Shown here piece by piece: positions 7,363 through 15,372 of a stretch of DNA of 25,591 nt. Below the pieces are notes generated by a model, which worked only from the letters and a program-made list of their open reading frames with translations, was not told the origin of the DNA and made no database searches. Made by a program: the position numbers and the translations under genes. The DNA is from a virus (taxonomy: Duplodnaviria; Caudoviricetes), in the IMG/VR virus record IMGVR_UViG_3300011334_000532, positions 1-25,591 of that record. One strand, 5' to 3'. The first letter of the stretch is position 1, and each line of letters starts with the position of its first letter.

Positions 7363-9726
7363 TTATCCAATCCCTAGAATTGCAAGCTTTGTCAATGTTT
7401 TCGAAGTAGTAACGCTCGAAGGCTCTGCGACTGGGTTGTAGTTGTTGACGGTGACAGTTGAGCCAGTCTTTGAAGTTGCGGTGCCAGTCTTTGCACTTGT
7501 TGTCACTGGTGACTTTGGAGCAACTGGAGCCTTAACTGTGTATTTTGTTGCAGCGGTTAGATCATTGAGCCAGGCAGGTGCTGGAATCTTCCCGATCTTT
7601 GCAAGCTCTTTAGCGAATGCAGCTGCAACGCTGACAATCTGATTTTCGATTGTGGTCAATTCGTCGCCGATCGCCTTGACTACCTTTTCACCATCTGCAA
7701 TGGCTGCGTCATAGATCGAGCCAGAGATTGTCGAACCGATTGCTTCGCCTTGAGCTGCAAGCTCTGCCTGGAGTGAGTTAATTGTCTCGATTCCAACTGA
7801 GCCGGATGCAAGCAGTGACTGGGCTGCTTTCAAGCTTGCTTCTGGTCCGGCAGATACAAGCTGACCGAGTGCGGTGTTGTTCAAGCCAGATGACTTCAGT
7901 GATGCGATGACAGATGAGAATTGCTTTGCAACACTGACCGATTCGGTGAGGTTGCGAACGATTGACGTGAATGATTTTGATTCCGAGATGTTTCCAGTTG
8001 CGACCACTGAATCTGCAACGGTCTTGACGTAGTCGGCCGCTTCCTTCTTCAAGTCTGCGAGTGAGGATTTTGCTTCAGAGTAGACGTCGCGAAGCACGTC
8101 GCGCTTTCCTACTAGAGCCAAAATCTTCTTTTGTGTATCGGCGACAGCACTGATCAATTTCTTTGATCCAGTTGCCTTGACGTCTTCGGCAAGCTTTTCA
8201 AAGGCTGATTTGACTTGCTCAGCTGTGCCTTGGACTGCCTTGATGAAAGCAGATCCGATTCCCTTGGTCAGATCCTTTGTGAGCTGAGCCTTGGTCTTTG
8301 AAACTCCGGAAGCTGCTCCAGCCGCGGCAGCTGCTCCCAGATCTGCACCGGCAAGGTTGAATTCTCCTCCGGCAAGTTTAAGAGCATCAGCTGCGGCCTT
8401 GCCGCCATCTGTTGCAGCCTTTGGAATTTCATCTTTGAGTCCGGCGGTCAGACCTGTAACCATGCCCTTCGCATTTTTTGCCAGGCTATCAAGGCCACCA
8501 GTAAGGGAATCAATTCCAGCCAGAGCCTTCTTCGCAAATCCGCCAACCTTTGGAAGCTTTGAAAGTAGAGTGAGGACCGATTTCATTCCAAGCGTCCAAG
8601 CCTTGACCATTGAAGAGATGAGTCCGATGACGTAGCCGATAACAGTGCCGACAATTTTTGCGACAGCTCTGAAGACGTCATTGACAATCTTGCGGAAAGT
8701 TTCGCTCTTCTTATATGCAGCAACCATCGCAACACCAAGAGCGATCACTGCGCTGACAATCAAAAGCACAACGTTGGCCTTCATTGCTGTATTGAGCAAG
8801 AGCATCGCTGCCTTTGTTGCAAGAATTGCCTTCTTGACCAGGATGAATGTCGCAATCAATCCGCCGAATGTTGCGATGAAGATTTTGACCGGTCCTGGAA
8901 TTGCAAGGAATCCTTGGATCAATAGCCCAGCAAAATTCAGGAGCTGCTTAACAACTGGCAGAAGTGAGGCGCCGATGACTGCTTTCAGATCGGTGAATCG
9001 TGCGCTCACTGATCGAGAGCTGTTGGCAACGCCGTCAGCTGTGCGCTGAAAATCGCCCTGTGCATCTTTTGTCTGATTCATGATGACTTGGTAAGAAGCA
9101 AGAGCTTTGGCTTGAGGGGTGAGGGCTTCAGAAGTTGTCTTGATCAGACCCATCTTGAGAGCTTCTTGCTTGAGCACTGAGTCATTCATGAGAACACCGA
9201 ATCGACGAATCGGCTCGGACTCTCCTCGCAGAGCTGCACCGATTGCGGTGATTGCTTCTTCCGGGGATGAGTCAAAGAATGAGGAGAAGTCAGCTGAAAG
9301 ACCGACAAGCTTGGTTGAGAAGCCAGTCAGATCTTCGCCTGAAAGCCCGGCGCCTTTTCCAACGATTGCGAATGTTGAAGCTGCGTCGAGAGCTTGCTGG
9401 CGAGATTGACCGAGAGCTGTTGCTGAATTTTTCGACCATTCAAGAATTGCTCCTGAAGATCCGCCGAAGATTTGTCCAGTCTTGGAAATTGTTTCATTGA
9501 GACCAGAAGCTGCCGAGATTGCTGACTTTGCAAAGCCGCCGATTGCAGCCGCTGAAGCTGCGGCAGCTAGTGGGCCAGCGATTGACTTGAAGCTATTGCC
9601 GAAAGACTTTCCAGCCGATGCTCCGGCTCCTGACATTCCAGGCGCGACTTGAGATTCCAGTGCAGCTCCGAAGCCCTTTGCCGATGGGATTACTTGGAGC
9701 GTCGCATATCCGACGGAAGTAGCCAT
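7363..9726 (-). CDS. Tape measure protein
   Basis: 787 aa, Ala/Gly-rich and helical with a central hydrophobic stretch; VGYATLQVIPSAKGF start; follows the chaperones; AAGGAG SD. Confidence 0.95.
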   Translation of the reverse strand: MATSVGYATLQVIPSAKGFGAALESQVAPGMSGAGASAGKSFGNSFKSIAGPLAAAASAAAIGGFAKSAISAASGLNETISKTGQIFGGSSGAILEWSKNSATALGQSRQQALDAASTFAIVGKGAGLSGEDLTGFSTKLVGLSADFSSFFDSSPEEAITAIGAALRGESEPIRRFGVLMNDSVLKQEALKMGLIKTTSEALTPQAKALASYQVIMNQTKDAQGDFQRTADGVANSSRSVSARFTDLKAVIGASLLPVVKQLLNFAGLLIQGFLAIPGPVKIFIATFGGLIATFILVKKAILATKAAMLLLNTAMKANVVLLIVSAVIALGVAMVAAYKKSETFRKIVNDVFRAVAKIVGTVIGYVIGLISSMVKAWTLGMKSVLTLLSKLPKVGGFAKKALAGIDSLTGGLDSLAKNAKGMVTGLTAGLKDEIPKAATDGGKAAADALKLAGGEFNLAGADLGAAAAAGAASGVSKTKAQLTKDLTKGIGSAFIKAVQGTAEQVKSAFEKLAEDVKATGSKKLISAVADTQKKILALVGKRDVLRDVYSEAKSSLADLKKEAADYVKTVADSVVATGNISESKSFTSIVRNLTESVSVAKQFSSVIASLKSSGLNNTALGQLVSAGPEASLKAAQSLLASGSVGIETINSLQAELAAQGEAIGSTISGSIYDAAIADGEKVVKAIGDELTTIENQIVSVAAAFAKELAKIGKIPAPAWLNDLTAATKYTVKAPVAPKSPVTTSAKTGTATSKTGSTVTVNNYNPVAEPSSVTTSKTLTKLAILGIG

Positions 9727-9735
9727 GAGGTCTCC

Positions 9736-10104
9736 TTATGAAGTTGATGTGGAATCGGTATTGAGCCGCTGTTGCTGTTGCAAGAGCTTTGATGCAACTT
9801 GCTTGACTCTGGCTTGAGCTGCCTTTTCCTTACCCGAAGGTCGTGCAGGATGAGGCTCCCCAGATGTTGCGTGAAAGAGATCAGCGAGTAAGAAGTCGCT
9901 CATCGTCCAGCCGAGAGGAATGTCATTGGCAATCGCCCAGACCGAAGAGCCTGGGGGAAGGTTATGAATGAGAACTGAATAGCGACGAAGTGAGAGCTCG
10001 CCCAGATATAAATCAGCGAGATCGATGTTGTAGTAGCGCTGAAGATCAGCTTCGACAGCTTCTTCGTGCTCGCGGAGGAATCTGAGGAGCTCTAGGAGTT
10101 TCCC
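9736..10104 (-). CDS. Tail assembly chaperone, -1 frameshift extension (G-T C-terminal part)
   Basis: Open -1 frame from the slippery site: KLLELLRFLREHEEAVEADLQRYYNIDL...EPHPARP...TSTS, ending at TAA 9736-9738; fills the gap to the tape measure. Confidence 0.85.
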   Translation of the reverse strand, partial: GKLLELLRFLREHEEAVEADLQRYYNIDLADLYLGELSLRRYSVLIHNLPPGSSVWAIANDIPLGWTMSDFLLADLFHATSGEPHPARPSGKEKAAQARVKQVASKLLQQQQRLNTDSTSTS

Positions 10105-10364
10105 TGGAGACCCGCTGCCTTCGAGATAGCTTCAAAGAGACGAGTGAGATCTTCGACCTTGCGCTTCTTTGCCTTGAATTGTGTCCACTGCTTATCGCCC
10201 AAAATTGCACGAACGACAGCGACAATCTTTTCGTCTTCGACTGCTTCCAAGACTTCAACGTCCCAGTCAACAGTTGGAGCGACGGAATACTTTTCACCAT
10301 CAAAGGTGAAGTGATGTGCCTTCTTGAGTGCTTCTGCTTTTGCTGCGTTTTCTACTGCCGACAT
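10092..10364 (-). CDS. Tail assembly chaperone (G)
   Basis: Lies between the major tail and tape measure genes; AAAGGA SD; ends in the slippery heptamer. Confidence 0.9.
   Translation of the reverse strand: MSAVENAAKAEALKKAHHFTFDGEKYSVAPTVDWDVEVLEAVEDEKIVAVVRAILGDKQWTQFKAKKRKVEDLTRLFEAISKAAGLQGNS
10098..10104 (-). other. Programmed -1 ribosomal frameshift site G-GGA-AAC
   Basis: XXXYYYZ heptamer in the correct phase (CAG GGA AAC TCC TAG) at the end of the chaperone ORF. Confidence 0.85.
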
Positions 10365-10381
10365 GTGTTTTCCTTTCGCGG

Positions 10382-10438
10382 TGCGCGGTTGTGTGCGGAT
10401 AAGAGAGTGGCAGGGTCGCTCCGCGCAACGACCCTGCC
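10382..10438 (-). promoter_or_regulatory. Stem-loop with potential H-type pseudoknot in the major tail-chaperone intergenic RNA
   Basis: 10-bp stem (10409-10418 / 10429-10438); loop UGCGCGG is complementary to downstream CCGCGCA (10382-10388). Confidence 0.55.
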
Positions 10439-10457
10439 GCCCCTATTCAGATCCTTC

Positions 10458-11009
10458 TTATGAAGAAGCTGAAGTCGTGCCAGAGATTTCGGTGTAAAGG
10501 GTGCCGTCTGTCTCTGGATAGATGGTCACAGTGATTTCATAAACTGTGAGACCTGATTCTGATTCAACTGTCTCGCCGATTTCCTCTACAACAGCGCGCT
10601 TGATCGTGCGGCGCTTTGTTGCGTTTCCATCGCGTGATTCGAATCCGATTGCGAACTCTGTGAGAGTTGGTGTCTTGATGCTTGCAGTTGTAACACCTGA
10701 AGCAGTTGTGCGAGTTGATCCTGGGTTGACGAGACCAAAGACGGTCGCGTTGTTCTCAAGAGCTACGAATTTGATGGTGCGCTTGTGCTTGGACTTTGTC
10801 TTCTTTACTAGAAGGCCGCCCCATGCGTAAATTTCATTTGACTCTTCTTCGCGAGACTCAGCAAAGCCGGCCTCTCCGTCGAGTAGTCCAACAGCTGACC
10901 AAGCGGCTCCCCATGCTGAGGATACGTTTGTGGGACCTGTTGCGTTCGCGGCTGCGATATAGACGTCCGCGTTTTGCCAAAGTGCGGCGTTTGTGGCATC
11001 TCCTGCCAT
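10458..11009 (-). CDS. Major tail (tube) protein
   Basis: Position; W...VGLLDGEAG, IYAWGG, IKFVALE and YEITVTIYP pattern of actinophage tail tube proteins. Confidence 0.9.
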   Translation of the reverse strand: MAGDATNAALWQNADVYIAAANATGPTNVSSAWGAAWSAVGLLDGEAGFAESREEESNEIYAWGGLLVKKTKSKHKRTIKFVALENNATVFGLVNPGSTRTTASGVTTASIKTPTLTEFAIGFESRDGNATKRRTIKRAVVEEIGETVESESGLTVYEITVTIYPETDGTLYTEISGTTSASS

Positions 11010-11023
11010 GTTGTTCTCCTAAC

Positions 11024-11437
11024 TTAGATGGTGGATGGTCGCAAGCGAACTGCGACCGTGAAGCTAGAGAGTGGATCGCCGCTCTCTGGGTCACTGGTAG
11101 GAATTGCTCCTGTCAGTGGGGTAATCACGCGGATTTTTGCGCCGCCCTCATAAGAGAGCAGCAACGCTCGACAGGCTTGCGCAAGCGCGAGCCCTTTTGC
11201 TTCTGTGCTGTGCCAGACCGACACTCGCACTGTTGCCTCTTCATCAACCTGGCGACTCAGAGTTGAGCCATCAAGACGGACGAGGACGTAGGGGAGATTC
11301 GATTTGTCTAGTGATCGATCGAATGGGACTTTGGTGCCGACTGTTACTTGTGCGCCTTCATCGATCATCTCTAGGCGATCGCGTAATGTTTCAACAACTG
11401 CCAGCATTGCATCGGGAAAGACGATGAGCGGCTTCAT
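11024..11437 (-). CDS. Tail terminator
   Basis: Just upstream of the major tail gene; FPD, PYVLVRLDG and VRVSVW pattern. Confidence 0.75.
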   Translation of the reverse strand: MKPLIVFPDAMLAVVETLRDRLEMIDEGAQVTVGTKVPFDRSLDKSNLPYVLVRLDGSTLSRQVDEEATVRVSVWHSTEAKGLALAQACRALLLSYEGGAKIRVITPLTGAIPTSDPESGDPLSSFTVAVRLRPSTI

Positions 11438-11721
11438 TTTTTCTTCCTAACTTGAAGACCCGCACTTGATGCAGCTCGGGTGAGAGTGCCGTATTTCGCT
11501 TGGATGCCCATGCCGACTGGGTGCATGATCAAGACTGCCGAAGCGGCTCGGTCGGTTGTGTAGTTTTCAACTTTGATGTCTGCTTGATGGCGAAGGATTG
11601 GCTCATCTCCGCGAACAGCGTTTCCAATACCTTCAGCAAGGCCGGAGATCTCTTTGCGAATTGGTGCCGACTTGAGTACTTCAACAACACCAGCGCGACG
11701 GATCTTGACGTAGCGACCCAC
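11434..11721 (-). CDS. Neck/tail completion protein
   Basis: Small and basic; TDRA...V and QAKYGTLTRAA; lies between the stopper and terminator genes. Confidence 0.7.
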   Translation of the reverse strand: MGRYVKIRRAGVVEVLKSAPIRKEISGLAEGIGNAVRGDEPILRHQADIKVENYTTDRAASAVLIMHPVGMGIQAKYGTLTRAASSAGLQVRKKK

Positions 11722-12066
11722 TCAACCCTCGAGTCTGCGAAGACGAGCTTTGATGTGAGCTGTGCCGCGAAGTCCGCGAGCTACAACTGGCTCACCATCG
11801 ACGGTGTAGGTGTTGCTCTCAATCTGGACTTGATCACGAGCTGAAATTTGTGTGCCAGCTGGAAGGAATAATCTGAAAAGTGATGCGGAGCTGTTGCGCT
11901 CGACGCTGACGGATTCGCCGCCGATTCCCTGCTCGCGTTGAAGCCATCCGCGAGTTGAATCAATTTCGCTGTCATCGTTGAAAGACAGTGAGGGATTGCC
12001 ATATTCGTCCAAGACTTTTGCTGGGTGAATGATCAACACTTCATCGGGAAGGTTGGTGAAAATCAT
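11722..12066 (-). CDS. Head-to-tail stopper (head closure protein)
   Basis: DEYGNP, LFLPAGTQISARDQV, YTVDGEP; synteny. Confidence 0.8.
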   Translation of the reverse strand: MIFTNLPDEVLIIHPAKVLDEYGNPSLSFNDDSEIDSTRGWLQREQGIGGESVSVERNSSASLFRLFLPAGTQISARDQVQIESNTYTVDGEPVVARGLRGTAHIKARLRRLEG

Positions 12067-12497
12067 GACTCGAGATCACCCATATAGTAATCATGCGCAA
12101 GAATTACTTTGTCGCCGTATGCGCTAGGTGTGCGAGGAGACCAGACGCCATGAGCTCCAGATCCAGAAGCGTTGCGAATGATGCGACGCTCTTCATCTGT
12201 TAGATATACGCCGCCGGTGTTGTCTGTGCGGTAGCTGTAATCGCCGAGCTGCTCAGTTGAGAAGCCGTCAGGATTCTTGAATTCGCGAATTGACGCCTTG
12301 ATGACGATTGTGATCACTTCAGGGGGAGCGATGACGATGCCCTCTTCTGTGATCCAAGCCTTGCCAGCCTCGGCTCTGACTAGAGCTGAAGCATCATCAA
12401 GAGCGGCATTCGCACGCGCAAGATCGGCACCTTGCAAAGACCCGATTTCGAGTCCTAGCCGAGTTTCGATCGCTGCGATTGTTGCAAGTGCTGTCAT
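12063..12497 (-). CDS. Head-to-tail adaptor
   Basis: LATIAAIETRLG, LDDASALVR, NPDG..EQLGDYSY, YLTDEE; follows the capsid gene. Confidence 0.85.
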   Translation of the reverse strand: MTALATIAAIETRLGLEIGSLQGADLARANAALDDASALVRAEAGKAWITEEGIVIAPPEVITIVIKASIREFKNPDGFSTEQLGDYSYRTDNTGGVYLTDEERRIIRNASGSGAHGVWSPRTPSAYGDKVILAHDYYMGDLES

Positions 12498-12539
12498 GAG
12501 ATGTCCTGTCTAGTCAGAGCCGAGATTGGTGTCGGTTAC

Positions 12540-13448
12540 TTATGAACCGTTAGCAGATACCTTGATTGCAGGCACAACAGCTGAGCCGTCTGCTTGCTTT
12601 GTCAATGACATTGTCTCTGTACCGATGAAGGTGCTCAAGATTGAGCGATCAGCGAGAACAGTTGGGTCGTAGTCGCGAACGTAACGAATAGCAAAGCCAT
12701 TCGATGCAACTGACTGACCGAATGTGACGCCTTCTGGTACGCGAGGAGCACGCACTGCAAGAGTGAACGCGTCGCGGTGGTAGAAGTAACCTGCGCCAGC
12801 TGGAAGCATGTTGCTCTCGATAACGTCGAAGCCCATTAGGCGTCCGATTGTTGCTTCGCGAAGAGCGTCCGCTGTACCTGATCCATCAACCTTGCGAAGA
12901 AGGTCTGACTTCAATAGTGCAGCTGCAACGTCTGTGCCGATAGCTGCGACGAGGTTTGTTGTTGGGACTCCCATTTCGCGAAGCTTCTTGCGAGCCTCTG
13001 CGAATGCTGCGATGTAGTCGCTGCCCCATGAGATGCCTGAGCCTGGAAGCGCTGCGATTTCGTCAGCGATTGCCTTCTCAACTGCATAGGCCACAGCTGT
13101 TGTCTGTGGGAGTAGTACCTGGCGACCGAAGTCTTCGATCTCCATGTTTAGGTCTTCGTCTGTTACTGAGACAGCGCTATAAACCTGCTTTGAGATTGTT
13201 ACCGGCTGGACAGCTGGCTCAGTGATTGTGCTGACAGTGATTGCAGAAGATGCACCGTATGCGCGCTCGTTAGCTGTTAGAGCTAGAGGACGCTTTACGT
13301 TGACAACGTTTCCGACTCCACCTGCGAAGTCAGCTTCGAAGTCGCGGTTGACTGTGCGTGCAAGCACCATGTCTGGAAGTAGTAGTCCGAGAGCTGTTGC
13401 GGCGATTTTGCCTGCAACGTTTTCTTGTGTCTTGAATGTGTTTGCCAT
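12540..13448 (-). CDS. Major capsid protein (HK97 fold, P22-coat-like)
   Basis: NRDFEADF.G..G..V.V..P, LREATIGRLMGFDVIESN, FYHRDAF; follows the scaffold gene. Confidence 0.9.
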   Translation of the reverse strand: MANTFKTQENVAGKIAATALGLLLPDMVLARTVNRDFEADFAGGVGNVVNVKRPLALTANERAYGASSAITVSTITEPAVQPVTISKQVYSAVSVTDEDLNMEIEDFGRQVLLPQTTAVAYAVEKAIADEIAALPGSGISWGSDYIAAFAEARKKLREMGVPTTNLVAAIGTDVAAALLKSDLLRKVDGSGTADALREATIGRLMGFDVIESNMLPAGAGYFYHRDAFTLAVRAPRVPEGVTFGQSVASNGFAIRYVRDYDPTVLADRSILSTFIGTETMSLTKQADGSAVVPAIKVSANGS

Positions 13449-13487
13449 GAGGCTTGGTTTCCTTTCAGGAGGACCGTGTGTGTGGGT

Positions 13488-14024
13488 TTAGTAGCGTTCG
13501 CGAATCTTTTTGGCGGTAGCCATCGGATCGAAGGCTTCGCCATCTGTGTCGGGTGCGCCGGTGCCAGAGACGAGCTTTGGTCGCGGCTTTCCAGGTACGT
13601 CATCCGCTGGGCGTTTTGCAGCGCCAGCCCATTCAGATAGGGCCTTTGCTTTCGCTTCGATCTCTTCGCGATCTTTTCCGGTGAGGAGTTCGGCAGGGAC
13701 GCCGTACTCCTTGGAAACTTCTGCGACGAGAAGAGCAGATCGAGTCTCGTTGAGCTCCGATTCGGCACGCTCTGCGCGCTCTTGGAGTCGTTGATACTCA
13801 CTTTTCTCAGCGTCCTCTTTTTCGTGAAGCTTCTTGCGAAGTTCGGCAAGTTCATCCTTGGTCTTCTTCGTCTCCTCGCGGAGATTGGTGACTAGGCGCT
13901 TTGCTCGCTCTTCATCGAAATCACCCTCCCAGCCTGGACTCTTGTCATCGGCTTGGGCGGTTGGCGCTGGGTTGTTGTCGACGTCGGCTGGTGCCGCTGT
14001 CTTGTCTTCAGGCTCGTTGGCCAT
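13488..14024 (-). CDS. Capsid scaffolding protein (178 aa)
   Basis: Start re-called at ATG 14024 (MANEPE...) after AGGAGG; acidic coiled coil, LLTG...EEIEA.A..L; precedes the capsid gene. Confidence 0.9.
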   Translation of the reverse strand: MANEPEDKTAAPADVDNNPAPTAQADDKSPGWEGDFDEERAKRLVTNLREETKKTKDELAELRKKLHEKEDAEKSEYQRLQERAERAESELNETRSALLVAEVSKEYGVPAELLTGKDREEIEAKAKALSEWAGAAKRPADDVPGKPRPKLVSGTGAPDTDGEAFDPMATAKKIRERY

Positions 14025-14027
14025 ATT

Positions 14028-14103
14028 TATCCTCCTGGGATAGACCCGAAGCACCTCGCTTCAGGAAAGCTTTTGGACATGCCGAAAGGCGCCTCGTGGG
14101 CGC
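14028..14103 (-). promoter_or_regulatory. Structured leader of the scaffold mRNA (three pentaloop hairpins, the last containing the SD)
   Basis: Minus strand: GCGCC-CACGA-GGCGC, CCTGAAGC-GAGGT-GCTTCGGG, TATCC-CAGGA-GGATA. Confidence 0.5.
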
Positions 14104-14195
14104 TGGCTTGTCTGGGTTGGGGGCAAAATGAAAATCTTCCGACTTATCCCTGAGGAAACCGTACACCTAAGAAGTGCATTTTTTTGGTCTCGTGG

Positions 14196-14216
14196 TGTCT
14201 TGACAATGTCGTGACA
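14196..14216. promoter_or_regulatory. Tandem palindromic operators TGTC-N2-GACA
   Basis: TGTCTTGACA (14196-14205) and TGTCGTGACA (14207-14216), 11-bp period, overlapping the -35 box and spacer. Confidence 0.6.
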
Positions 14217-14228
14217 GAGGCGTAGCTT
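14200..14228 (+). promoter_or_regulatory. Housekeeping-sigma promoter for the plus-strand cassette
   Basis: TTGACA (14200-14205), 17-bp spacer, TAGCTT (14223-14228); T-tract upstream; about 35 bp before the first ATG. Confidence 0.8.
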
Positions 14229-14264
14229 TAGACATGTAAGGGAAACCGATTGAAGGGAAAGAAG

Positions 14265-14603
14265 ATGGAAATCTTAGAAGGAAAGCATTTCGAATTTATG
14301 CGTGAATGTAACGCTCAAGGGTTGATTTCACAGATCGGAAAAATGAACGTTTTTGCGATCTCTGGTGGTCGCGTCGAGGTTCGCAAGACTGGTGTCACTT
14401 TGCCAGTGAGCAACGGTTATTCGGTCATGATCGATTTAGCTTGGGACGATACCTACACAGTTCGAAGAATGTTCAAGCGTGGGGGAAAGATGTTCATCAA
14501 GGGATCAGTCGAAGGCGTGTATTGCGAAAATATCGGAGAGGTTGCATATCAAGCTTCTTGCTTTAGATCCAACGAAGAGTTCGGAGAGAGGTTATCAGCA
14601 TGA
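14265..14603 (+). CDS. Hypothetical phage protein (112 aa), first gene of the inverted cassette
   Basis: ATG 14265 after purine-rich AAGGGAAAG; globular composition; ATGA-coupled to the next gene. Confidence 0.8.
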   Translation: MEILEGKHFEFMRECNAQGLISQIGKMNVFAISGGRVEVRKTGVTLPVSNGYSVMIDLAWDDTYTVRRMFKRGGKMFIKGSVEGVYCENIGEVAYQASCFRSNEEFGERLSA

Positions 14604-14740
14604 AAACTTTAGTCAGCATCGTTTCAAAGGAATCTCAAGAAGAGTTCGCAAGAGCTGAATTGAGTGCGACAAGAATCAAAGCTTTGATCAAGGCTTACGA
14701 AAAGGCTGGAATTCCAGTAGAGATGAAGGTGGCAGCATGA
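14600..14740 (+). CDS. 46-aa protein missing from the ORF track (MKTLVSIVSKESQEEFARAELSATRIKALIKAYEKAGIPVEMKVAA)
   Basis: GAGG SD; ATGA overlaps at both ends fill the gap exactly. Confidence 0.8.
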   Translation: MKTLVSIVSKESQEEFARAELSATRIKALIKAYEKAGIPVEMKVAA

Positions 14741-14961
14741 TCGAGATGAGAGAATGCGAATTGTGCAATGGCACAACTCGCGGCGATACTTGCTTCAAAG
14801 CTGTTGTTTGTCCAAGCTGTAAAGCAGCCCCAGGAAAATCTTGCATGAGACCTTCCGGGCATAGAGCTTCTGAAATTCACTCCGAGAGAATCAAAGCTGC
14901 TCAAGCTATTGATGACGCAGCTGGATTCAACTGGCGAGAAGCTTACGGAGTAAGCGCATGA
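14737..14961 (+). CDS. Small zinc-finger protein
   Basis: CELC...C...CPSCKAAPGKSC...H..R, resembling actinophage CPxCxAxxGxxC...H..R zinc fingers. Confidence 0.75.
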   Translation: MIEMRECELCNGTTRGDTCFKAVVCPSCKAAPGKSCMRPSGHRASEIHSERIKAAQAIDDAAGFNWREAYGVSA

Positions 14962-15209
14962 TTCCTCAAAGTATGAAAGGAAGTGGAATGAATAAAGTCA
15001 ACGTTTATGAGAGAATGTTGTCGTCGGTTGTTCCCAGTGAATGGGTCAGCCAGGGCAAGGGGAAGAAGCACTGGATTCATATCAGCGGAGTCCAAGTGAA
15101 ATATGATCACAATCGATGGGCTTGGCAAGTAATCGGCGGCGCAAAGTGCGGTTTATTTTTCGAGACCAAGTGGAGTGCTCAGACTGAAGGGACGAGGCAT
15201 CTTGGCTAA
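14958..15209 (+). CDS. Hypothetical protein, Trp-rich (alternative start ATG 14988)
   Basis: ATGA overlap with the upstream gene; fills the cassette. Confidence 0.65.
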   Translation: MIPQSMKGSGMNKVNVYERMLSSVVPSEWVSQGKGKKHWIHISGVQVKYDHNRWAWQVIGGAKCGLFFETKWSAQTEGTRHLG

Positions 15210-15372
15210 TACGAAGCAGCGAGCAATCAGAGTCGATGACGATCTCTGGGAAGCGGCAAAAGAGCGGGCCGAGCTAGAGCAGCGGACCGTCTCCGACATT
15301 GTCAGAATCGCACTGACGCAATATGCAGAGAATCGATATGATGCAATCGAAAGAAGAAGGGTCAAAAAATGA
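15202..15372 (+). CDS. Ribbon-helix-helix (CopG/Arc-like) DNA-binding protein
   Basis: Start re-called at TTG 15202 after GAGG; TKQRAIRV-DDDLWEAAKERAELE-QRTVSDIVRIALTQY is a classic RHH pattern. Confidence 0.85.
   Translation: MANTKQRAIRVDDDLWEAAKERAELEQRTVSDIVRIALTQYAENRYDAIERRRVKK

Noticed and set aside
3518-13794. Many plus-strand ORFs antisense to structural genes
   Set aside because: Mirror-frame ORFs typical of biased codon usage; no SDs, promoters or motifs
13295-13855. 186-aa alternate-frame ORF bridging the scaffold and capsid genes
   Set aside because: Low-information shadow frame; no slippery site noticed that would support a scaffold-capsid fusion
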